From Candidatus Heimdallarchaeota archaeon (GTDB lineage: Archaea > Asgardarchaeota > Wukongarchaeia > Wukongarchaeales > JBHIFL01): a stretch of DNA of 47,723 bases. The notes beneath the pieces were generated by a model. The model did not search any database and was not told the origin of the DNA. It saw only the letters and a program-made list of their open reading frames with translations. Position numbers and translations under genes: made by a program. Within the stretch, counting starts at the first letter, position 1. The number at the start of each line of letters is the position of its first letter. The stretch spans positions 1 to 47,723 of the forward strand of contig JBHIFL010000027.1 of NCBI GenBank assembly GCA_046761065.1, given 5' to 3'. Shown here piece after piece: positions 30,447 to 38,516 of the stretch.

Positions 30447-31289
30447 TCAGTGGGGCCTTAAATGGTTTTTCATAATTGGAATGAGTTCTGATATGGTCTT
30501 GATGGTGTAGTTTGGTTCTTCACTCTTGGAACTGGGTTCTTTTTCGGCGAAAAGATCTTGTTTTATTCGTACACTCAATAAACCCGCTTTATTAGCAAAT
30601 TCGATGTCGGCAAACTCATCTCCAACGACTATGAGCCGTTCCGGATCGAGGTCGATTTTAAAGGTCCTATGAATATGTTCTTGCAATTGTTCAAAAAAGT
30701 CCTGTGCATCCTTACAGAACCCAATGCACTCTGCTGTCACAAGGAGATCAAAATGTGTACCAACTTCTAACCCAAAAATTTGAAGTTTTTTTAGGGCTTC
30801 ATCCCAACAATTATTTGTCAGGATAATTATTAAAAAATCCTTACGGAGATATTTTAAGCTTTGATGGGTGTCTTTGAATGGTTTGGCTTCTTTTTCAAAG
30901 GTTTCCCAGTAACAGGTCATGACTTGATCCAAAAAAGTCTCAGGAAATTCGACTTCATAAATTTCACTGAGGATTCTTAAAAGCCGTTGAAATCGTAACC
31001 GTTTATCATGTCGTTTGGGGAGAACCTCAAATTCATTATAAATTTGTTTCTTGGTCTGCCGATAATGATGAAGGAGCTGATCTCGATCTAGGTTATAAAT
31101 GTCATTTAAAGTCGCATCTTGCTGAAGTAACCATTCCTCTATAAATTGCAGTGCATTTTTTTCCGCAGAGCTCTGTGGAATGAGCGAGTAACCTACCGTC
31201 CCATCTAAGTCTAAAAGGATTGTCCAATTTAGCGCTCGCGCTCTAATATCATTGATATCAAGATTTTTATGCGGCCAAGTGGTAGGCAT
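30447..31289 (-). CDS. HAD family hydrolase
   Basis: LLDLDGT motif I, LTNN, VVGDEFADI motif IV. Confidence 0.85.
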   Translation of the reverse strand: MPTTWPHKNLDINDIRARALNWTILLDLDGTVGYSLIPQSSAEKNALQFIEEWLLQQDATLNDIYNLDRDQLLHHYRQTKKQIYNEFEVLPKRHDKRLRFQRLLRILSEIYEVEFPETFLDQVMTCYWETFEKEAKPFKDTHQSLKYLRKDFLIIILTNNCWDEALKKLQIFGLEVGTHFDLLVTAECIGFCKDAQDFFEQLQEHIHRTFKIDLDPERLIVVGDEFADIEFANKAGLLSVRIKQDLFAEKEPSSKSEEPNYTIKTISELIPIMKNHLRPH

Positions 31290-31343
31290 AACCCAGCCTT
31301 CATTCTTTCACTATGATTCTTGGCAGAACTTTAAGGATCTGTA

Positions 31344-31475
31344 TTACTTCTTGGAGCGCCAGACCTCGTCTTTCCAATTTCTATTAAAAGTATTACTCAA
31401 TAGGGTCTTTTTGAAACTGACATACCAATGATTATCTGCAACAACGATAATCACAGGGCCTTTTATTCGGATCAT
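31344..31475 (-). CDS. possible 43-aa microprotein
   Basis: GGGAGG directly before ATG; MIRIKGPVIIVVADNHWYVSFKKTLLSNTFNRNWKDEVWRSKK; co-oriented upstream of the HAD gene. Confidence 0.25.
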   Translation of the reverse strand: MIRIKGPVIIVVADNHWYVSFKKTLLSNTFNRNWKDEVWRSKK

Positions 31476-31651
31476 CCTCCCTAACCACACCGATTTTGAA
31501 TTAAAAAAAGTTAGATACAATTCTATAAGATATCTATTAATGTTAGAATATCTTTTAGAATTATAAGAAACACGAGGGAATGTTTTCGCTCTTAAGAAGA
31601 GATGAACATGGTTTTAGGAGCTTATAAGTTGTAATCTTTGAATCTAATTTT

Positions 31652-31945
31652 ATGGTAAAAATGGCGAAATTGGAAACAGTTTTTAGATTCATGCGCCATA
31701 TATATGTGCCCGAGATGACAAGAATGAGCAATAAATCAAATTCAGAGACCGATCAAGCGCTTAAACAAGAATCCTTTCTCGTAACAGTTAATATTGATAA
31801 ACAAGGGCGAATAGTCATTCCTAAAATTATTCGGGAGAGGCACAAAGGTTTATTAGATGGAGGGCAGCAATTATATATTATTGATCGTGGAGAGAAACTC
31901 GAAATATATCTAGATTTTCGAAAGCTACCCCTAGATGAGCTATAG
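31652..31945 (+). CDS. AbrB/MazE/SpoVT family DNA-binding protein
   Basis: VTVNIDKQGRIVIPKIIRE swapped-hairpin signature; true start may be a downstream ATG. Confidence 0.8.
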   Translation: MVKMAKLETVFRFMRHIYVPEMTRMSNKSNSETDQALKQESFLVTVNIDKQGRIVIPKIIRERHKGLLDGGQQLYIIDRGEKLEIYLDFRKLPLDEL

Positions 31946-31988
31946 TCCAACTCCCTTACTCCTCATCAGGCTTTGAATTCGTTAAAGT

Positions 31989-32639
31989 CTAGTGATTATA
32001 TGAGGGGGGAGTGTTTGAAAGTCCAACGGATCCCATATCCGTCACTTGTTGGATACGTTCATCCGTTCTTACCGAATCATTGCTCCCCCACATCCGAAAA
32101 GTGGGAGAAACTTTGCACGCTGCAACAATTTCATGAATCATTGCCTTGACATTTGTGCCGATTTTTGCAGAAGTATTAACAAACGAGACAAAATTAAAGT
32201 CATCACCAAATTCCAATAGCAACGCTTCAACTTGGCTTTCAGACACTTCCCAAAAGTTTTTTTGATCACATTTACTGGCTACAAGGACAATTGGCACGTT
32301 TGGTAGATACTTCTGGATGAAAGGTAACCAGACGTCTTCAATTGATAGAAACGTTAGTATTGAGCAGCAATCATAAACTAAAATAACTCCCACAGAACCT
32401 CGGATGAATACATCTAACATTTCACAAAATCTAGGTTGTCCGGCGACATCGTAGAGAAGGACATGCTGAGATTTCTCTGTAAAAGTCGCAACATAGCTGT
32501 GAATTTGCAAGCCCACAGTCAATTCATAGCCGGAACAAAAGTAATCCTTCGTAAGTCGAGTACATAGACTCGTCTTACCGACTCCCGCATCTCCCAATAC
32601 TGCAATCTTCAAATAAAACTCGGGTTTTTTGATATTCAC
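31989..32639 (-). CDS. Rab/Ras-like small GTPase
   Basis: G1 GDAGVGKT, G2 LTVG, G3 DVAGQ, G4 SKCD, G5 TSAK. Confidence 0.92.
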   Translation of the reverse strand: MNIKKPEFYLKIAVLGDAGVGKTSLCTRLTKDYFCSGYELTVGLQIHSYVATFTEKSQHVLLYDVAGQPRFCEMLDVFIRGSVGVILVYDCCSILTFLSIEDVWLPFIQKYLPNVPIVLVASKCDQKNFWEVSESQVEALLLEFGDDFNFVSFVNTSAKIGTNVKAMIHEIVAACKVSPTFRMWGSNDSVRTDERIQQVTDMGSVGLSNTPPSYNH

Positions 32640-33215
32640 ACCTAACGCAACCTTCTGAGAGATATTTAAACGTTAGGATATCGAAAGGAGAGCTTTTGTT
32701 TAAGGTATTATGTTACATTGATTATACTGACAAGATTGCTACAGAGGGGTTGAAGCTTCTAATGATTACTATGAAGTATCGTTTTTTGTGTTTTAGAAAC
32801 GTTTTCAGATATTTTAGACAATCAGAACTTCTGCAACTAATTATATATATATCCATTTTAAAATCTTTTTTTGATTGACAGCGACTAATACTAAGGAGGT
32901 TGAACTTTTTATAGCCTTCCCAACTTACAAAAGACTTTATATAGTCCAACTTGAAAAGTTGCTTGCACCTGGATAAATGGTGTCATAGAGATATTTCTTC
33001 AAATATCTCTGTTTCTCTATAGTTAAACCCGTTAGAATCTTTGGATCTTTACGGTTACACTTTGATTTCCCCATATGCCCCCGCTGTAACATCCTATAGA
33101 TTGAGAACATCCACTAAAAAAACAGCTGTAAAATTTTTCCATGATACTCTTCTCTATTAAGGAATCACGTCTCCACGGACATAAAGCTTAATGCTTACTG
33201 CTTGGTTGACAAAAA

Positions 33216-33911
33216 ATGGCCAAGGACAACGATATTCTGGCCGGATTAACTTCGATCATTTTTACTATCGATGGACAACCCATATATACACTAGGTAAGG
33301 ATCTTTTCGAATCCTCAGAGATCAATGAACCTGCTATATTCTTTACTGGACTTCTAAAAGGTGTGAGAGATTTCTCCACCGTCTTTGAAATGGAATTACG
33401 AACTATAACTGCGATTGGAAAGAAGTTCGTAATAAAAGTTCTCTTGTCTCCTATATATACGATTGAATCTGGATTACAGCGTGACATCGAATCAATAGTG
33501 TTGGAGGAGCGGTTGACGGGCAAAAAACCCTTTGAACAAATGGGCTGGAAAAAAGAAAATCAGACAGGCTTTGCAATCGGTTTCAAAGTTCAAGAGATCC
33601 CGTTCTATGACGATTTTCCGGATCTTTCCCGCAGCCTTGAATTACATTCTCTCCGCAAGATTGCCCAAACCTTCTACACCGAATTTGCAGACAAAATCAA
33701 GCAATTTGATTTCAACTTTAAATCCCATGAAGTTATAACTGCCCTACGACGACATAGTCACAGGATATTTGGCCCACAAATCATTGATGTAGGCCATCCA
33801 GTCTATTTACGGAAGATGGAAATGACTCTTTTTCAGAGTAATGGGTCTATTGAAGTGGAAGAAACCGTCAAAGACGTTCACTTAAGTCCGTACTTGGAAA
33901 GTAACTCCTGA
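33216..33911 (+). CDS. longin-like domain protein; frame continues through in-frame TGAs to 34229
   Basis: SIIFTIDGQPIY, FFTGLLKGVRDFS, ELRTI, LRKIAQTFYTEF resemble the Asgard longin-like pattern (by-eye recognition). Confidence 0.6.
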   Translation: MAKDNDILAGLTSIIFTIDGQPIYTLGKDLFESSEINEPAIFFTGLLKGVRDFSTVFEMELRTITAIGKKFVIKVLLSPIYTIESGLQRDIESIVLEERLTGKKPFEQMGWKKENQTGFAIGFKVQEIPFYDDFPDLSRSLELHSLRKIAQTFYTEFADKIKQFDFNFKSHEVITALRRHSHRIFGPQIIDVGHPVYLRKMEMTLFQSNGSIEVEETVKDVHLSPYLESNS

Positions 33912-34229
33912 GGGCCCATTGTGACAACAATCTATACGTCGATGGATGCCTTGTTTAACTTCACTGGCAAACCAAACCTTGAAGGGGGGCTTATCATCGA
34001 TTTCGGATGACCTGAACATATTGGATATAGTCTATTTTCCTATGGGAGACGGATCCGGGAAATTCGACTTGGGAAAGAGAAGAAATCGTTGGTCCTTTGT
34101 ATGTTGATTTCTGAAAAACAAAAATATGATTTAGGCGGAAAGGGGGAAATACCCGGAATAATGCGAGAACTCCGAGACAAAGTCCACACTAAAAGGTTGG
34201 AGTGATCCAATCCGTACCTCTCAACGTAA
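33912..34229 (+). pseudogene. possible interrupted 3' continuation of the longin-like gene
   Basis: same frame; about 105 codons with only TGA stops (34008, 34203) before TAA 34227; protein-like GPIVTTIYTSMD...HIGYSLFSY...SLVLCMLISE. Confidence 0.5.
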
Positions 34230-34320
34230 TGTGCGTCTTTAACTACTATTTAAACTACTACAGAATATGTATCTACTAGTAACTGGTATCGAAAATCGAA
34301 AGAAGGGACTGGATAGGGAT

Positions 34321-35388
34321 CTATAGGTCTCGGTTGCCTGCAATAAATTCTTCGAACCATCTAATGGCTTCTTCTGAACTTGTATACACTGGTACACGTT
34401 TAAAACCATAAGCTGAAACGGAGATGAGTGGACCGGCAACTACCCGATTCAACGCCACTTTGGTCGCTCGCACCACATCAACGAGGGTTCCTGCTCCATT
34501 GGCAGCATCCTCCGTTTTGAGTGTAATATCACAGAGAATTGGCCTCCCAAGGAACCCTGTGGCTTCGATCCAAAAATAACCAATTCTTCTGTTTTCTAAT
34601 ATGTCAAAATAATCACTTGTCCCGGTTTCGACCCCCGTTCCACTGTAAGGGAGGACACGACTGATAGTCTCACTTTTTACTTTTCTTTTAAATCGCATTC
34701 TGTCGATGTCCATAGTGTTTAAACCCTCCAATCCTCCTGCTAAATCCAGTTGATAAGTATTCTCAACCCGAATCCCACGTTTAGCGAGCATTTCAAGAAC
34801 ACCCTTGTGAAATATCGTGCCTCCCATCTGGGATTGCAAATCGTCTCCAACTACTGGCAACCCAGCTGTTTTAAATTTCTTACCCCAAAGGGGATCACTT
34901 GCAATAAACTGGGGAGTCCCGTTAATGAATGCTACCTCTGCTTTGAGAGCTTGCTCCGCATAGTACTCCGTGGCCTTTTTTGCACCCGTAGGTAGGAGAC
35001 AGACAAGCATATCAGCTTGTGTTTCAATTAGCTCTTTCACAATAGGAACGGGTTCAGCATCGCTCACGGCCACCTGTCCTGACTCGCGTATGATGCCATC
35101 AATGCCATCAAGGAGTTCTCCCTTTTGAACAATCACTCCCGACTTAGGCACATCAACAATCTTTGGTGCAGTATTAGGCTTGGTAAATATCGCTTCTGCT
35201 ATATCCTTACCCACTTTCTTGATATCAACGTCAAAGGCGGCTACTACATCAATATCTTCAATCCGGAACCCTCCTAGCTTCCGGTGAAGAAGTCCTATAG
35301 CGTTTCCATTCTTATAATATTCAAGTGCTTGAACAAAACCTGCCGAACAGTTTCCAATACCCGCTAGCGCCACTCTAACTTGTGCCAA
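34321..35388 (-). CDS. ino1: myo-inositol-1-phosphate synthase family protein, divergent paralog (TTG 35388 after GGAGG)
   Basis: VRVALAGIGNC, VVAAFDVD..KVGKD, LPTG, AFING.P, PVVGDD, SAYGFK. Confidence 0.85.
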   Translation of the reverse strand: MAQVRVALAGIGNCSAGFVQALEYYKNGNAIGLLHRKLGGFRIEDIDVVAAFDVDIKKVGKDIAEAIFTKPNTAPKIVDVPKSGVIVQKGELLDGIDGIIRESGQVAVSDAEPVPIVKELIETQADMLVCLLPTGAKKATEYYAEQALKAEVAFINGTPQFIASDPLWGKKFKTAGLPVVGDDLQSQMGGTIFHKGVLEMLAKRGIRVENTYQLDLAGGLEGLNTMDIDRMRFKRKVKSETISRVLPYSGTGVETGTSDYFDILENRRIGYFWIEATGFLGRPILCDITLKTEDAANGAGTLVDVVRATKVALNRVVAGPLISVSAYGFKRVPVYTSSEEAIRWFEEFIAGNRDL

Positions 35389-35579
35389 TCTTTTTGTGCC
35401 TCCATGTACTGTCTTGTATATGCAAAAAATCAACCTTCTTATCCAATACCACCAAACTTATCTCCTTCTTATTCTTTTTGATCGCGATTTGTCTGTCCTA
35501 ATTTATTCCACTCTCTTGGAACATAGATATCTTCAGCAATCTTTGCATCTTCACCTCAAGGTTGGAGCGATAAAATCAC

Positions 35580-35619
35580 CTCCCCTCAATGTAGTATCTC
35601 GCGTCATTTTTGAGGGGAG
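35580..35619. repeat. perfect 10-bp inverted repeat (CTCCCCTCAA-N20-TTGAGGGGAG)
   Basis: arms at 35580-35589 and 35610-35619. Confidence 0.75.
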
Positions 35620-35962
35620 TAGCCCATTCCATCCTTTTTCCACGCGTCTAAGTTTATAAAGCAAGCCTTGATACGCCTCTCAAAAACATAACTTACTGTT
35701 GCAGTGTTCAAACCCTTAAAAATGTGCACAAGAAAAGGGATAAAAATGAAAATTCTATTTATTTATATGGAAGAATATACATAGGAATAAGCACATAAAG
35801 TTTTATCACATCATAAAAGAACGAACGACTCGTTTTGTATTCAAACTACGAGACTAAGACAACTTGAGATGATAAACCCAAAGTATAATAAATTGATTTT
35901 ATGCGGGACTTGTTCCTTATTAAAATATAGAAATTTTTGAGAAATAAAATAGGTGATATGAC

Positions 35963-36868
35963 ATGGGATTTGGAAAAACAATGATGAGGACAACCATTCT
36001 TTTTGTGGCTCTTTTCCTCGTCTTTTATGCGATTACAATTGTGTTTGACCTTCTCTGGTATTGGGCTCTAATCTTCATGAGCATTATTGTGTTCATAAGT
36101 TATTGGACCTCTGATCGGATTGTACGTCGTATGGCAGGCGCACGACTTGTCACAGAAACCGAGGCTCCTGAATTACATGCTATTGTTGATCGTTTGGCCC
36201 AAAAAGCAGGCATTCCCAAGCCACGAGTAGCAATAGTAAACAATCCCGTTCCAAACGCCTTTGCAACAGGACGATCGCCTAAAAAGGCCGTCATTGCCGT
36301 TCATACTGGATTATTAAACGTTTTAAATCAAGAAGAACTTGAGGGTGTTATAAGCCATGAATTGACACATGTTCGGAACTGGGATACATTGATTATGGCA
36401 ATCGCCGCAGTCGTTGCGGGGACGATCGCATTCGTGGCTCGAATGGCCTTTTGGTTCTCCTTAGGCTCGCGTGATTCACGCAATCGCACATCTCCGTATG
36501 CTGTGCTAATTGCATGGCTTTTAGCACCAATTGCGGCTCTCTTGATTCAACTGGCGATTTCACGTGGGCGCGAATATGCGGCAGATCGGGGTGGAGCTGA
36601 ACTTACTGGTAGACCGTTAGCATTGGCGAATGCATTAGAAAAGATCCATTTGTATAACCAAAAACGTCCATTGACTGTGGAAAAAGCCAATCCAGCAATA
36701 TCTCACCTCTATATTATTAACCCTTTCCGTAGTCAGGGGATCGCTGGATTGTTTTCAACACACCCCTCTTTGGAAGATCGAATCAAGCGATTAGAAGCAA
36801 TGAAAGGCCTTAAATTTGTTAGAGGACCTAGGGAACTGCGACCAGAGGACTATACCATCTTTTCCTGA
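35963..36868 (+). CDS. htpX: zinc metalloprotease HtpX (M48)
   Basis: PNAFATGR, HELTH, AISRGREYAAD, LFSTHP. Confidence 0.95.
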   Translation: MGFGKTMMRTTILFVALFLVFYAITIVFDLLWYWALIFMSIIVFISYWTSDRIVRRMAGARLVTETEAPELHAIVDRLAQKAGIPKPRVAIVNNPVPNAFATGRSPKKAVIAVHTGLLNVLNQEELEGVISHELTHVRNWDTLIMAIAAVVAGTIAFVARMAFWFSLGSRDSRNRTSPYAVLIAWLLAPIAALLIQLAISRGREYAADRGGAELTGRPLALANALEKIHLYNQKRPLTVEKANPAISHLYIINPFRSQGIAGLFSTHPSLEDRIKRLEAMKGLKFVRGPRELRPEDYTIFS

Positions 36869-36977
36869 GTGGAAAGATTGCTATTTCCTACCCTCTTTTG
36901 ATTGATTATTTCATTGAAAAAGATATAAGTCCCCTATATTCAGAAAGGGTCTGCTTAAATAAGTGGAAGGTGTAATC

Positions 36978-37508
36978 CTAGCAATTTAATCTTCTTTGGC
37001 AGCCCAAAGGGATACCGGCAGCATTCAGGACTTTATTGAGGTTTGGAGGAGTTGTAATATAGCATCTTACTGCATGCACACGCCTCCCGGGTTTACTACC
37101 TAGCTGTTTCGGATTCCATTTGAATGGTATTTGGCGATGGGCCAAATAGTAAGTATTGGTACAGATCCCTAGAAGAACAATAATGTGTCGTCTCCCAAAA
37201 TGTTCTCTAGGCAGCATTGTTTTGACGTACCCTTTAAGATATCGGTGCAGCTGATTTACTAGGTCATTCTCATTTGATCGCGAGAATTGACTCCTATCTT
37301 TACACTCAACTAAGAAATGATGTTTCTCGTGCGTTCGTCGCCATAGCGCTATAACGTCAATTATTCCTTCGGATCCTACTTTGACCTGTTGTTGGACCCG
37401 AAACCCTCTATCCCTGAAAAATTCTGCCATTGCATCCTCTGCTTGTCTCCATCCTATCACTTCCATGTTTTCTGTTTCCATTTTACTCTCCACTTTCAAT
37501 TGATACAA
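36978..37508 (-). CDS. PD-(D/E)xK nuclease (Mrr-like/restriction endonuclease fold)
   Basis: AEDAMAEFFRDRGF, IDVIA, LVECK. Confidence 0.75.
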   Translation of the reverse strand: MYQLKVESKMETENMEVIGWRQAEDAMAEFFRDRGFRVQQQVKVGSEGIIDVIALWRRTHEKHHFLVECKDRSQFSRSNENDLVNQLHRYLKGYVKTMLPREHFGRRHIIVLLGICTNTYYLAHRQIPFKWNPKQLGSKPGRRVHAVRCYITTPPNLNKVLNAAGIPLGCQRRLNC

Positions 37509-37596
37509 TAAAATGAGATCAAAGTACGATCTGGAGTTATATCCAAGATACTAATCACTCCATTTTGGGGTCTGTTAGCATTATTCGGGTGGAAAA

Positions 37597-38451
37597 TCAA
37601 ACTCCCCCCCCGAACGGCATACCGGGGAACCCGGGGAATCCTGTGGGCTCCATTCGTGGAAATTGTTTAGATAATATCCTTGCAAGGCGTTCTAAAATCT
37701 TATCTTGAGCAAAGAGTTGTCGATATTCATCAAACATGGTCAAAAATGTTGCAGTATCTTGCTTTATGTAAGTATCTTTTGCCCGTTCAGCGAATGCATA
37801 GTATGGGTCTTTACCAAGCCGCCTTTTTCCTATGAATCCTTTTACTTTACCCAGTCCTTCAAGAATACCCTTCCCTTCGGTTGTATCACCATCAATGAGC
37901 GCAGCCATAATCGCATAGCAACTATGCTTTATTTCACCTCTCTCAGCTAACTTTCCAAAGATTTGCCGGCCCTTCTTAACATTTTTAGCTAGTATATAAT
38001 TAAGGGCCCCCTGCTCTTTGAACATGACCTCCTCTTGTTTACTATCTGTGGTTTCAGCAAGTTTCTCAAAAGAGATTGCAATCGCTTCTTGAATGTCTTC
38101 AACCCCACCTTCCGACCGTTGGGCAACTAATCTCAATGTTCCAATTGCTGGAAGATATGTTCCGTGTTCCATTAGTGTTCTTCCAGCCTCAAAAACCGTG
38201 GCAATCGCTTGGGGTTCCCTACCTATCTTTGTGGCAAGTTGAAGGAAATAACTTGCTATTTTTTCTATTTCCTTGAATAGTGAGTGTTTTTCAAACTCCG
38301 AGATGGCGCGTCTGAAAAGTTCTTGGGCTTCTTCAAAGTTCTTCTGTTTTATTGCTCTAAAAAGAGCACCTTGAAAACTTTCCAACGAATCATACCAATC
38401 TCCTCGTTCCAAGGAGATCAGTGCTTTTTCGAGCCATTTATCGACGCTCAT
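37597..38451 (-). CDS. alpha-solenoid protein resembling Get4/TRC35
   Basis: SLERGDWYD...LFRAIKQKNFEEAQEL; EEVMFKEQGALNYILAKN; DPYYAF...FLTMFDEYRQLFAQD; Gly-rich tail; collinear with Get4 blocks recalled from memory. Confidence 0.65.
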   Translation of the reverse strand: MSVDKWLEKALISLERGDWYDSLESFQGALFRAIKQKNFEEAQELFRRAISEFEKHSLFKEIEKIASYFLQLATKIGREPQAIATVFEAGRTLMEHGTYLPAIGTLRLVAQRSEGGVEDIQEAIAISFEKLAETTDSKQEEVMFKEQGALNYILAKNVKKGRQIFGKLAERGEIKHSCYAIMAALIDGDTTEGKGILEGLGKVKGFIGKRRLGKDPYYAFAERAKDTYIKQDTATFLTMFDEYRQLFAQDKILERLARILSKQFPRMEPTGFPGFPGMPFGGGV

Positions 38452-38516
38452 TTTGATTTCAAAACCTAACTATCGCCTTTGATTATTTCAATATCTACTT
38501 CTTTAAAGGTGCCCGT

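Noticed and set aside
31652-31945. AbrB protein as antitoxin of a toxin-antitoxin pair
   Set aside because: No co-oriented PIN/MazF toxin follows; the next gene is the convergent GTPase.
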